Source of the DNA: Euprymna scolopes
Taxonomy: Eukaryota
Assembly: GCA_053919585.1 (NCBI GenBank)
Contig: CM132788.1
DNA length: 64,000 nt
Direction: 5' to 3' (one strand)
The notes below the pieces were generated by a model, which saw only the letters and a list, made by a program, of their open reading frames with translations, did not search any database and was not told the origin of the DNA. Below, one piece after another: positions 10,826 through 22,904 of the stretch. Position 1 is the first letter of the stretch. Every line of letters begins with the position of its first letter. The translations under genes were made by a program, and so were the position numbers.

Positions 10826-13800
10826 TGTTGCACGAGGGACTAACAAGAGTTTTCACCGTCTCGAGTTTCGTCCCTTACCGGTGTACGTTTTTGCTTTGTT
10901 TACAAATGTTAAATGAAGATGCCATTATGTAAAAGCCAATCTATCGTTATGTCTTTTATAATCCATTGGCCTTTAATAAGATGACACATGGCGGCAGCGG
11001 TGGGATGGAACGAGTCCAAGTAAGATGTAGAAAAGAATAAGAAACGGAAAGTTATTTGCAGAAACAGATAATAACTTTATTGTTCTTGTGGCAAAATGTA
11101 ATTTATACGTACGTCACGTAGACGAAGAAAAAATGTCGGAAGCGGACATGGAAGAAACAAACAGACCAGTGGCTGGCATAAGGCCTTCAGCGCCCCTATG
11201 TATGGAAGACAATTTAGCGGTGAATTGGAAGTTGTTTAAACTGAAATGGTATAACTACCATTATTATATGTTTGATGAAACCGCCATTACAATATCAGGG
11301 GACACTTTTGCTTCATACGTTGGGAAACGACGCATTGAAAGTTTACTACGGGTTTCAATTTTCAACACTCGAGGACGAAAGAACACCCACCGAAATTATT
11401 CAGGCATTTGATAAATATGCTATAGGGGAAACGACTGAAACCTACGGGCGTAACGTATTTCATTCTAGAACGCAAAGAGAATCAGAGACTGTGGAATCCT
11501 TTATTACGGCACTTCGAACGTTGATAAAAACGTGCAATTTTTGCGACAATTGCGTTTCATCAGTACTCAGAGATCAGGTAGTATTGGGAATACACAACTC
11601 CCAGACACAAGCTGAGTCATTGAAAATAAAACAGACTTACAAAAATGTATTGATATCTGTAAGCTGTCTGAAAATGCTACAATCCAGTCCAGAATCCTTA
11701 GGTCTGAAAGAGTGAACAGAGTTGATTTTTAATATGAAAGACATCGGCACAATCTAACAGAGAGTGTTGGGCGTGTGCATTGCAGCATGGAGCGAGCAAA
11801 GAGTTATGTCCTGCATTTGGTAAAATCTGTTATAAATGTAAGGGAAAAACCACTTTGCCGTGAAATGCAAAGTATCAAGGAAAAAGAAGTTGCAGACTGT
11901 CAAAACCCAACATTATGACCAGGAAAACGACAGTAGTAGTTGTTCAAACTATGAACATGTAGACAGCGTAACAATTAAGGAAAAGGTGAATGATATAAGT
12001 CAAGAGGTGATAAAAGCGAAAATGAGGGTGAAAGGAAAACCAATTGCCTTTCAGCTCGATAGTGGAGCGTCCATGAACATATTGAATGAGAAACACGTGA
12101 TTGGAAAAACACTGGAACATTCAAATAAGACTCTTGTCATGTGAAATGAAGCAGAAGTGAAGTCATTGGGAGAATGTCGAGTAAAAATGATAAACCTTAA
12201 AACTGGACAAAAATATGCAGTCAAGTTTGTCATTGTGAAAGAGGATTTCCATCCCTTACTTGGAGCAAATGCAATCCAGAAAATGGAACTTGTCACAATC
12301 AATAACGACAAATTCAAAATGGTTGCCAAAGTTTCTCAAATGAATGAATCCAGCAGCCAGTACTCAGACAGCATTATCAATGACTTCAGAGATGTGTTCA
12401 AGGAAGAATTGTGTCAATTACCAGGAGAAGTACATTTGCAGGTGGATCCAGGAGTAACACCAAATGTTGCAGCAACACAGATAATACCAGTGGCACTTAA
12501 GGACAAGCTAAAAGTCGAGTAAGAAAAACTGGTAAAGAAGAATGTTATTGAACCAGTGAGAGACCCAACACCATCTGTCAGTGCTTTAGCACTGGTAGCT
12601 AAGAAAAATGGAAGCATACGAATATGCATAGACCCAAGACCACAGTTACCTACACTGGACGATTTACTACCAGAAATAGCTTACAGCAAGGTATTTTCTA
12701 CCCTGGATCTACGAGATGGATTTTGGCATGTAAAATTAGACGAAGCCAGCATTTTCTACACCATATGGTAGGTTCCGGTGGAAAGTTTTACTTTTCGGGA
12801 TTGCTCCAGCACCGAAGATATTTCAAAAGACCCTTTTTGACAAGATGTCCGATTTGGTGGTTAACAAATTTTCTGGTGATTGGGAAGGGTAAAACGATGG
12901 AAGAAGCAACAACTGATCATGACCAAAAACTCAGGAACCTGTTGCAGAGATGTTGTGATCGTGGGATGCGATTGAATGCTGAAAAATTGAACCTATGACA
13001 AATGGTTTACATCCTGAAGGTAAGAGCCATAAAAGAGATGCCGTGCCCAACAGACGTGTAGGGAGTGCAACGATTGGTTGGATTCGTAAATTACCTGGAA
13101 AAATTTCTACCACACATATCTGACGTGATGGCCCCTATTAGAAATTTAGTGAAGGCAGATGTGCCATGGACATGGTCCCAAATTCAGGAAGAGGCTTTTG
13201 GGAAAATTAAAGAGTTAGTGAGTGAGGCACCAGTATTAAGGTACTATGACCCCAACAAATCTTTGGTCATTCAATGTGAGAAGGGCATGGGGGCTGCACT
13301 ACTGCAAGAGGGTCAACCGCTAGCTATAATCAGCCGTTCACTGACTGACACAGAAACTCGATATGCACAGATTGAGAAGGAACTACTAGCAGTAGTCTAC
13401 GCATGTGAATGGTTTCACCAATATACGTTTGGTCGACAGATAACAGTACTAACTAATCATAGGTCACTGGAAGCGATCATGAAAAAGAATTGGTAAAATG
13501 CCCAAAACATGCTGATGCGCCAACAGGCTTACGATGCTACAGTTCTGTACCATCCAGGTAACAAAATTTTCCTTGCAAACACGCTATCAAGAACATACAT
13601 CTATGGATTGGGTGGTGAATATATGGACGATGAAGATGATGTCAAGGAAGCAGAATATATTCCGATAACAGAAAGAGGGCTGCTTGAACTGCGCTCAGCC
13701 ACGAAGGAAGACAGAAGCATGCAGCAGTTGCAGCAAGTAATTCTGGAAGGATGGCCAGAAGACAAAATACATCTTGACCCAGAGTTGAGACCATTATTTT

Positions 13801-15165
13801 AATATGTGAAGTGAAATGACGGTGCAAGATAGGTTAATTTTCAGAGGAAGCCGGGTAGTGGTCCTACTGACATAGCGGGGAGTGTTGAAAGAAAAGCTGC
13901 ATTCCACACACCTGGGAGTAGAGGGATGTTGCAGAAGAGTAAGAGAATGTTTGTATTGGCCAAATATGAACAGTGACATAAAGGACTACGTTTCAAAATG
14001 CCCCACGTGTAGAAAATATGAAGTAACCAATCCAGCAGAATCATTAAGGGTCCATGAAGTTCCTGACAGACCCTGGGTGAAAGTGGGAATATATCTCTTT
14101 AAGTTTGAAGATAGAGACTATCTCTGCACAGTTGACTACATGAGCAACTTTTGGGAAATTGATCATCTTCTCAATACACAAGCAAAGACAGTGATAACTA
14201 AACTGAAACATCATTTTGCACGACATGGAATACCAGATCAGGTGGTAACTGATAATTGGCCTCAGTTTAGTAGCCAGGAATTTTCTACCTTATCACCAGC
14301 TCAGGAGCTGATGTCAAGGAGAACAAAAACATTTCTCCCAACCAGAGAGAGTTTACTCAAGCCAGAATTGCCCAAAAATCTAAGAAAAATGGTGAAGCAA
14401 GACCGCAGGAAGCAAGAATATTCTTTCAACCACAAAGTAAAACCACTGAAACCATTGTATCCTGGAGATGTAGTATGGATAAAACCACACATAAACCGTC
14501 AAAAAGAGAGAAGGAAAGCAGTGGTATGGCGGAGACTGGATGAGTGATCATACCATATAAAAGTGGATGGAGAATTATATCGACGGAATAGAGTAGATTT
14601 GAAGAAAACTGCAGAGACACTCCCCCACACATCAGTAATGCACCAGCCATATGAAGTGCAGAGCGAGTTACCCAAGAATGCAGGGTGGAGTACAGAAGAG
14701 ATATGTACCACAGGACCACCTCAATATGAAGGTGAAATAAGAGAAAGCCCAAATCCGACCCCATCCCCAACAAAAGCAAGCCTGGAAAGGTTGCAGACAA
14801 CACGGTCGGGAAGAATAGTAAGAGATCCTGTGAGATTCAGAGATTTCACAACATAAGTGAAAGGCCAGAATAATCCCTGTTAGGTATGAGGGTAGTCAGC
14901 CCAATGAATGCCTAGATCACTATATTTTATAGACTCTGTTTCAATTTTTAGACTTTGGGTTTTTTTTGTTCTGTCTTGTCATTGAGAAAAGGGAAGATGT
15001 TGCATGAGGGACTAACAAGAATTTTCACCGTCTCGAGTTGCGTCCCTTACTGGTGTACGTTTTTGCTTTGTTTACAAATGTTAAATAAAGACGCCATTAT
15101 GTAAAAGCCGATCTATCGTTATATCATTTATAATCCATTGACATCCTCAATAAGATAATGACACA
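10826..15165 (+). mobile_element. Full-length degenerate Gypsy (Mag-like) element B
   Basis: LTRs 10826-10988 and 14998-15165 (TG..CA), TSD AAGGA, PBS TGGCGGCAGCGGTGGGAT (tRNA-Leu type), PPT GAGAAAAGGGAAGA. Fragmented gag, PR (FQLDSGAS), RT (LDLRDGFWHV), RH (YAQIEKELLAV), IN (HLGVEGC..CPTC, VVTDN). Confidence 0.95.
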
Positions 15166-15397
15166 AAGGAATTGATTAAATGAATGTTTAAAAGAATATG
15201 CAAATTAGCTAGATCGTTTGCTAGTAGATGCAATTCCACAGCCCATAAATAAAGTTGTATTTTCTTTTAAAATAAATAGAAAAAAGGGTTTTTAATATGA
15301 ATATCAATACACAAACTTAAAGAAGTAAAGATTGCAAAAACAACTTTCGTCGTTACTTTTTGGCCATTAACTGTGTTGTTGCATTTCACTCGCACTT

Positions 15398-15723
15398 TGT
15401 CTGGTACCATCGCAAGAACAAACAAAAAAGGACATAAAAAATACAACTCAGCATTTTTTTCTAGATGAATACAAAAAGCATTTATTCCAGTAATTTCCGA
15501 TAACACACTTTACTGTGTTTCAAAATATCATTCACATGTCGAACATGACTGTCGAGACGCTCTTTCACACACGTGTCTTTGTCGTCGCTTGCCTTTTCGT
15601 TTTTTCGACCATGTGGAACATTTTCTCTCGCCGTCCAAAAGTCAAAACACGTCTGATTGCTTTGCTCGACCATGTGCTGTCCTTTTTTCTTTTCCTCTCC
15701 TTCTTCTTCCCGTGACGCTAACA
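15398..15723 (-). mobile_element. Solo LTR (326 bp)
   Basis: TGT...ACA termini with TSD CACTT (15393-15397, 15724-15728). AATAAA on the minus strand near 15481. Confidence 0.8.
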
Positions 15724-16549
15724 CACTTTCTTCATTTGCATATGTGCTAAGAAGGCTATTGCTTCTAATATTTTTGCTAATCAGCTATTCTATGGCTGCT
15801 GCTGATTTTCTCATATGCGCCCATACACGCTATGTGTTTTTTTTCCAGTGTAATATAAATCTTGGAGTGGTTAAACTCGTATTTCCCTTATGGGTCCTTC
15901 AAATCCTAATATCGCCCGTGTTATACAAACACTCGGGTGTTTAAAATTTGGTTTCTTTTGAAGTTCTTGAAATCCAACGTCGCCACTGTTATGCGACAAT
16001 GGGATATTTAAACGTGTTTTCTGCATAAGTTTTTTCGGGTTCTTGCAACACTGGGATGTTTAAACTTGTGTTCCCTGCATTTTTAAATCTTTTCGTCGTC
16101 ACTGTTATGATCCTGTTAAAGAGGTCACAAGGAAAACGCAACATGGGAATAGAGTAACAAAATATATTTACAGGAATCTATAAAAGTGAGGGGTGTTTAT
16201 CCAATGTGGTGTAAATGAAGAAAAAAGAAACAAGAACGACCGACCGCGTTTTTGTGTGGCTTACCTCGTGTTCATAATGAAGAAGAAAGAAACAAAAATG
16301 GCTGCCCTGTTTGACCACGAGGTATGCAAATGAGATGCTCCTGATTGGAGATAAAAGAGGAGTGATTTTGGGGAAGGAAGGCATTCTGGAGTTAGATTGC
16401 GAGCAGAGAAGTTGTATTTGTAGAAGAGAAAAGTCGGATTCGGGGAGAGAAAAGCTAAAGTTGCAGAAGTTCGTTTTGGAGTGGAGAGAAGACGCGTCAA
16501 GTGGTAACCAGAAGGTGAAAGTTCGGACAGCAGTGTCACGCAATCGACA

Positions 16550-16561
16550 AGCTATTTCGGC
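16550..16561 (+). promoter_or_regulatory. Primer-binding site complementary to tRNA-Phe nt 1-12
   Basis: AGCTATTTCGGC abuts the 5' LTR CA and is absent after the 3' LTR. Its reverse complement GCCGAAATAGCT is the 5' end of metazoan tRNA-Phe(GAA). Confidence 0.8.
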
Positions 16562-17274
16562 GTATCAAGCAATTAACATGGCTGAGTGGAGACTGAGCAC
16601 TCAGATGTTGAGACCCTTTACTGGGGAGGGCGACCTGATTAAGTGGCTGGAGAAATTAAAAATGGTGGCAAAGCTGCAAAAGATAGAAGATGTGGTCACC
16701 CTGCTGCCGCTATACTTAGAGGGGGAAGCCCTCACGATTTACCAGCAGATGCGAGATGAAGACAAGGAAGACCTCGCCTTAGTAGAGCAAAGGCTGAAAT
16801 TGGCCTTCGCGGAGGGCCCATTTGAAGCACTTCGCAAGCTGTCAAGTTTGAGGTGAACCGGCGAGTCCGTTGATGTCTTTGCGGCAGAGATCAGGAGACT
16901 GGCAGGGTTGGCTGGTTACGTGGGGAGGAGCCTGGAGATGACGGTAAAGCTGTACCTAGTGAACGGCTTCCCAGAGGAAATCTCTGCGAACATGCAGAGA
17001 ATCACGGGGATCCATTCTATGGAAGTGGACGATCTCTTGGTCCACGCCAGAGTCCTAGTGAAAAATGTTAAAAGCCCAATCGTGGCTGCAGCTGTGAGTG
17101 GAAATATGTGCATGAGGCCTCACTTGAATGAGAGGCAGCCGGCGAGGCGACAGGAGGGGAGACCTGCCATCAAGTGTTTCCGGTCCAGGGTCCTCATCTG
17201 ATCAAGGACTGCAAAGAGCCGAGACCGGGGATCACGTGCTACCGATGTGGACAAGTGGGGCATATTAGCCGCTA

Positions 17275-20187
17275 TTGTGTTGCTGCACGGGACCAGGGAA
17301 ACGAGTGAAGGGGAGCTATTGCGCCAGTGGTTACCCCTTCTGTGTGGAAATGGCGCATGATGGAACATTGCCTCGGTTACCGGTGGTAGTCAATGGGAAG
17401 AGAGCCATAGCCCTTGTCGACACAGGCTGCACTACAATGCTGTTAGCAAGGAATGTCGCGAGGTCATGGAGCGGAACCAGGATTATTAGGACCGTGGATG
17501 GCAGGGATGTGAAATGCCTAGGAGAGACGACAGCGGAAGTAATGGTGCAAGGGGTGCCCATTGGACTGCAAGCCCTGGTGTTGAATCATCTGGTCGGTGG
17601 TGTCGACGTGATTATAGGTATGAGTGCAATTAACCGACTGGGGGGCACTACGTTAAGAGGGGGCCAAGTGACGTTTGGACGTCTCGGCGCAGTGGGGATG
17701 GCAGGAGTGGAAGGTGATAGAACCGTCAGAACCCCAAAACCGGAGGTTTGCTGCATTGAGGACAAAGATTTCCTGGCGAAGTTTGATGGCGTGAGGTGTA
17801 CGGTGGAATGGAAATGGATTTCCGGGCCCCCAGAACTACGGAATAAGGTGGGCTGCTACGAAAACACCCTGCGAGGAGAAATAAGAAAAGGATTCGAGGA
17901 AGAAGTGGAGAGGTGGATAAAAGAAGGAATTCTGAAACCGTGGACAGGGGAAGAAAAAGATGTGTTGCCACTACTGGCGGTTGTTCAGCCTACCAAAAAC
18001 AAGATTAGGCCCGTGCTGGATTTTAGGGAATTGAACAGACACGTAGCCTGCCACACTGGAACGGGGATCGACGTATGTGAGGATGTCATGAGGAAATGGA
18101 GAAGAATGGGGCGGGCCACTAAGATTGTCGATCTGAAATCGGCATATCTGCAGATCCATGTAGATGAAAAACTCTGACAGTACCAACTGGTCCGGTACAA
18201 GGGGCGGGTGTATTGTCTGACGAGGTTAGGCTTTGGGCTGAGTTCATCCCCCAAAATTATGACTGCCGTGCTGAAGACAGTGCTGAGCAAAGACTGTACA
18301 GTGGAGGAGGCCACTAGCTCGTACATTGACGACATCCTGGTGGAGGAGGCAGAGGTGACAGCAGAAAAAGTAAGAAGCCATGTCGAGAAGTATGGGTTAA
18401 CCGCAAAACCGGCGGAGGCCCTAGATGGAGGAGCGACGCTGGGGTTGAAACTAAGGCGAGATGGAAAAGAAAGCCTTGTCTTCGAACGAGGGAATGCAAT
18501 ACCCGAAGTCGGATCTGAGCTGACGAGGCGAGAACTCTTCTCAGTCTGCGGGAGGCTGGTCGGGCACTATCCTATCGCTGGCTGGCTCGGGATAGCATGC
18601 AGCTTTATTAAACGACAAACAGGCACTGATGATTGGGAAGGCCGTGTGACGAAGGAGGTCATGAACATGCTGCAAGAAGTCATTGCGAGAGTGAGGAATG
18701 AGGACCCAGTGAAAGGGAAATGGTATGTCAGCGGCGAAGACGCAGGTGTGGTTTGGTGCGATGCCAGTAACCTGGCGTTGGGCGTCGTACTAGAGATAGG
18801 AGGTGTAAGCGTGGCTAAGAAAATCAACGACTTCTCCCATATCAACGTAGCAGAACTAGATGCCGCTATAAAAGGAATCAATCTGGCCCTGAAATGGGGA
18901 TTGAAAATAATTGAAGTCAAAACCGATTCGGCAACAGTAGCGTCGTGGATTCGGTTGGCAGTAACTGGCGATAAGAGAGTTAAGACAAGGGGTGCTGCAG
19001 AAATGCTGATCAAGCGCAGACTCGGAGCGCTCACCAACCTGATAGCGGAATTCCAGTTGAGAGTATCTGTTGTGTTGGTCCCGTCAGAAAAAAACAAGGC
19101 GGATTCGATGACACGCGTGAAGAAGGCCTGGCTGCAGGAGGGAAAGGAGATCTCCTCGGCATGCTGTGCAGGGGAAGAAGTCAAAGAGTCACACGAAATG
19201 CACCACTTTGGTCGAGAACGAATGTTATTCCTAGCCAGAGAGGTTTACCCGGAGACCACCGAGGAGGAGGTTAGGGAGGTGGTGGAGAACTGTCGAGAGT
19301 GCCAATCAATTGACCCTGGACCGTCCAGACACGAAGCAGGAGAGCTACACGTTGCGGAGGACTGGAAGCGATTGGCCATTGATGTGACAAACTATCACCA
19401 CAAATTGTATCTGTCGATGGTCGACTGTGGACCGGGAAGGTTTGCCATCTGGAGAGAGATCAGGGCAGAAGCTGCATGGGCGATCGGAGGGGTCATCGAG
19501 GAGATAGTTTTGGAGAGAGGGCCGGTTGAGGAACTCTTAATGGACAATGGCCCCGCTTTCTGATCAGAAGCCTTTAAAGGGGTGTGCGATAAGTGGGGAG
19601 TAAGGCAATTTTTCAGAGCAACGTATCGGCCGAGTGGCAACGGAACAGTGGAGAGGAATCATCGCACGATTAAAGCCGCTGCGGAAAAAAGCAACGTATC
19701 ACCCATAGAGGCGGTGTTTTGGTACAACATCTCGCCGAAGACCAAACAAGATGAGACAACTGTGCCTCATAGGGCCGTTTTCACATATAAGTGGCGGCAT
19801 TCGTGCAACAAAACAGCAGAAATTGAGAGTGAAGAAGCCACTATCAAAGTAGGTGAAGAGGTGTGGGTGAAACCCCCCAATGCACAGTGTACCACTCGTT
19901 GGAAAAGAGGGGTCGTAACAGGATTGCAGTCGAAGAACAATGTGATGGTGAATGGCGTTCCCTGGCATATCTTAGACCTGCGTCGTGTGACATTGCCGGT
20001 ATGCAGTGAGGGCAGTGAAGAAGAAGAAATCGAGGGCCACCGAGAAGCAAATGATGCTGCTCGACCTGACTTAGGCCCGCGTTGTAGTGAACCTGAAAAC
20101 TTTAACCCCCGAGAAGTTGTCCTCCAGAGGCCTCGACGTGAGAGGAGGCGGCCTGCTTGGATGGAGGATTACGAAGTATCCTATTGA
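17275..20187 (+). pseudogene. pol: pol of element C (PR-RT-RH-IN), one frame with two premature stops
   Basis: ORFs 17275-18177, 18208-19563 and 19582-20187 are in the same frame, separated by single TGA codons. Confidence 0.9.
17296..17340 (+). promoter_or_regulatory. -1 ribosomal frameshift signal at the gag/pol junction
   Basis: Slippery G GGA AAC in the gag frame (Q-G-N-E-stop), then hairpin GAAGGGG-AGCTATTG-cgc-CAGTGGTT-a-CCCCTTC. Conserved in element E (~39287-39331, minus). Confidence 0.75.
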
Positions 20188-20659
20188 TCTCGAAGATCAG
20201 GGGGGCGTGTGGTGTAAATGAAGAAAAAAAGAAACAAGAACGACCGACCGCGTTTTTGTGTGGCTTACCTCGTGTTCATAATGAAGAAGAAAGAAACAAA
20301 AATGGCTGCCCTGTTTCTTTATATGCCTACAGGGTGACCACGAGGTATACAAATGAGATGCTCCTGATTGGAGATAAAAGAGGAGTGATTTGGGGAAGGA
20401 AGGTATTCTGAAGTTAGATTGCGAGCAGAGAAGTTGTATTTGTAGAAGAGAAAAGTCGGATTCGGGGAGAGAAAAGCTAAAGTTGCAGAAGTTCGTTTTG
20501 GAGTGGAGAGAAGACGCGTCAAGTGGTAACCAGAAGGTGAAAGTTCGGACAGCAGTGTCACGCAATCGACATCCAACTGATGAATAATCTTGCGTGGCCC
20601 ACCGAATATTGACTCCCACCCCACCTTTTGTCTTTCAATATTTATTCTGCATGGATCTG

Positions 20660-20850
20660 CCGTGATTGGTCAGGTAACCATTACTAAGTTGCTGTCGGTT
20701 GAAACCTGACTCGTTACGACTACATGTGCTAAAAATAGAAAGGACTATTTTCAAGCAATAAAGAGAAAACACAAAACTTCATCTTTCACAAATTAAACAA
20801 AAAAAAAACAAACTATTATTTCGAAACACCGAAGATACTTTTAACTGTAG
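20660..20850 (+). promoter_or_regulatory. Candidate promoter and non-coding first exon of the IMPase-like gene
   Basis: Reverse CCAAT (ATTGG 20665-20669), unique non-TE sequence, donor TAG|GTAATA at 20850/20851 pairing with acceptor CTAACTTCAG| at 21263. Confidence 0.35.
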
Positions 20851-21312
20851 GTAATATGGTGTAAAATTCATCGTTTAGCAACACTATCACTGGCCGTAGA
20901 GCCTGTATATCCAACAACTCTCCATAAAACTAGTGGCTTTCAGTTCAGCTTATACAGAATATTAATCTATTATAAACTGTTTATAAAATAAGCCAATTAA
21001 ACACAGCCACACTTATGTTTAGATGTTTGCCGATCACTATCTACAGGGTATTTCCAAATACTTTATTGTATTAAATAAGCTCGGTGTGTTTTGATATCAG
21101 TATAGTTTGGATAAATGAACAACTTTGGCATTTATTCATTTCTTCAATAGTATCTGATTGTAAGATTTGGGATCGAAATATGATTACATTTTAGTAGACA
21201 TTCACTTTTCATTTATTTGTTTTATTATTACTATATATATCTCCATATACTTTCTAACTTCAGATTCGTGAAGTCAATTAGTCATCCCCATTGTCAGCTG
21301 TGAATTAAAACG

Positions 21313-21456
21313 ATGTCTGTTGCTGTTGATTGTTCATCAGAAGAAACTGCTGACATTCTCGTTGAAAGCCAAAATAGTTCGTTACTTGAGAATGAAACTG
21401 AGGACATTGAAGAGTTCTTCAACGTTGCAATGGAACTAGCTAAAAATGCAGGCAAG
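21313..21456 (+). CDS. IMPA: First coding exon of an inositol monophosphatase (IMPA1/2-like) gene
   Basis: ATG..48 codons MSVAVDCSSEETADILVESQNSSLLENETEDIEEFFNVAMELAKNAGK, ending at phase-0 donor AAG|GTAAGG. Matches the IMPase N-terminal helix (human ..ECMDYAVTLARQAGE, where I recall an intron at the same position). Upstream acceptor at 21263. No downstream exon recognised. Confidence 0.65.
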
Positions 21457-21665
21457 GTAAGGATGATTAGTTATGGCATTTTTCGATAGCATTACCTACA
21501 CTTTTTCTACACTTTTACTGCACATGCATTCACTAGAAGGCATGTCTATTATTTCCCTGGCACTGAAATTAATTGATATATAAAAAGGGATACACAAAAT
21601 TAATATTCTTTCATCCTGCTGTACCTCACATGAAAACACATGCACATGCATAACAATTTGAGATC

Positions 21666-22052
21666 TGTAAGACATTATCTCTCAACTTCCATGAAGTGTT
21701 CTTGAGTTAGGACAACAAAATTAAAGAAAGAAATAAAAAGAATTCGTCTTTGCAAGCCAATAACCGCCGGGTTTGAGATCACCACTGACACCAACCTTCG
21801 TCTGTCAGCCTCTCTCCGACCTAACCTGTCAACTCCTTTTATACATGTCTCTCGCATGATTTCATGTGATTTTGTGTGACTTCCACCAGAGCACACCTTT
21901 TAAAACTATGGACGCCATCTTGATTTCTCTCTCTCTTTCGCCCAACCTTGCCCGACACACGCGGTAAGACCTCTGTTCGTTTGATCTGTTTTTACCTTTC
22001 TTTTTCTCCTTTCCTTCTGCTAACTTTAAACAACATTCCATACAGTAGAACA
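21666..22052 (-). mobile_element. Probable solo LTR
   Basis: TGTAAG...GAACA termini, flanks AGATC/AGATG (1 mismatch), TATAAAAGG on the minus strand ~21836-21844. Confidence 0.45.
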
Positions 22053-22823
22053 AGATGAGAGGGGTAAATGAGATTTAGAAGCAACGATCATTTTGATTAC
22101 AAGTATTATTTTATTGTGTAGATAGTGAAAACAACATAAATATGACAACCATACATTTTACTCATGTAAAAGTGGACAGTTGTGGTTAAAACAATCTAGT
22201 GTTAAATTCGACGCACTACTGCAAATCTCGGGGCTTTGCTGTCAAAACTCAACTCTAGAATATGACACACTGCCGAGAACACTTGCTGCTCTGACATCCA
22301 AATCCAAAATCAACACAGTCTATGAAAAATCAGGTTTTTATATCCAACCGGAAGCATCTCATTTGCATATTAGGTGACAATATCGCAAGTATATAAAGAG
22401 AGTAGGCGGCCATTTTTTTCTTCTTTTTCTTCATTCTTTTTGTCTGCACACAATTCTACAGTACAGACACGTTTGTACTATTTTTTTAAATGTTTCATTA
22501 CAAAAGAGCAACCTATTCTGCCTTTGCTAGCATTTCAGATGACAACAGTTTGTAAATGCGTAAATGTCAAACCTAATTTAATTGTTAATTACTTCAATTA
22601 TGACCCGTTGACATGAATTTGTCTGTAAATGGAACTGGTATTTTTTGAAGCGGAACAGTGAAAGTATACATAAATTCAGTCAATGATGTATGACTTGCCT
22701 GTCCAGAAGCAATGTAACCATAGTCCAGTAGTTGATCAGGACTATTCAGATTGCAAAAAAAAAAAAAAAAAAACGGGAGAGAGTGTTATATTAGGAGGTT
22801 CTTCGGTCAGGATGGCTGTGATA

Positions 22824-22904
22824 ATAACTGGTTGTTAAACCCTCTGCAACACTCTCATCTTATCCATATAAGAGAGTGTTGCAGAGGGTTTAACAACCAG
22901 TTAT
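22824..22904. repeat. Perfect 33-bp inverted repeat (81-bp palindromic MITE-like insert)
   Basis: ATAACTGGTTGTTAAACCCTCTGCAACACTCTC - 15 nt - exact reverse complement. Confidence 0.9.

Larger units (their letters stand above)
16205..20571 (+). mobile_element. Full-length LTR retrotransposon C (Gypsy domain order; atypical tRNA-Phe-5' PBS lineage)
   Basis: LTRs 16205-16549 and 20208-20571, TSD TCCAA, PBS AGCTATTTCGGC, PPT AAGATCAGGGGGGCG. gag 16578-17308, PR ALVDTGC, RT SYIDDIL, RH WCDAS..HINVAELDA..TDS, IN HH-CC + D,D,E. Only a few stops or frameshifts. Confidence 0.95.

Noticed and set aside
15870-16110. Degenerate ~65-bp repeats (CACTGTTATG..GGGATxTTTAAAC)
   Set aside because: Too diverged to define a unit or function from sequence alone.
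16205-16549. Tf1-like self-priming as the explanation for the odd PBS
   Set aside because: No GCCGAAATAGCT found in the sense strand of the C or J LTRs (only a weak AAATGGCT in C). The PBS is conserved while the LTRs are not, which favours an external primer.
18567-19184. Long antisense ORFs opposite pol (also 56894-57571)
   Set aside because: Shadow frames of pol codon usage with no motif or proper start; not supported as genes.
22112-22140. Possible next IMPase exon (TGTGTAG|ATAGTGAAAACAACA = IVKTT)
   Set aside because: In-frame TAA after five codons and no DLVT motif follows.
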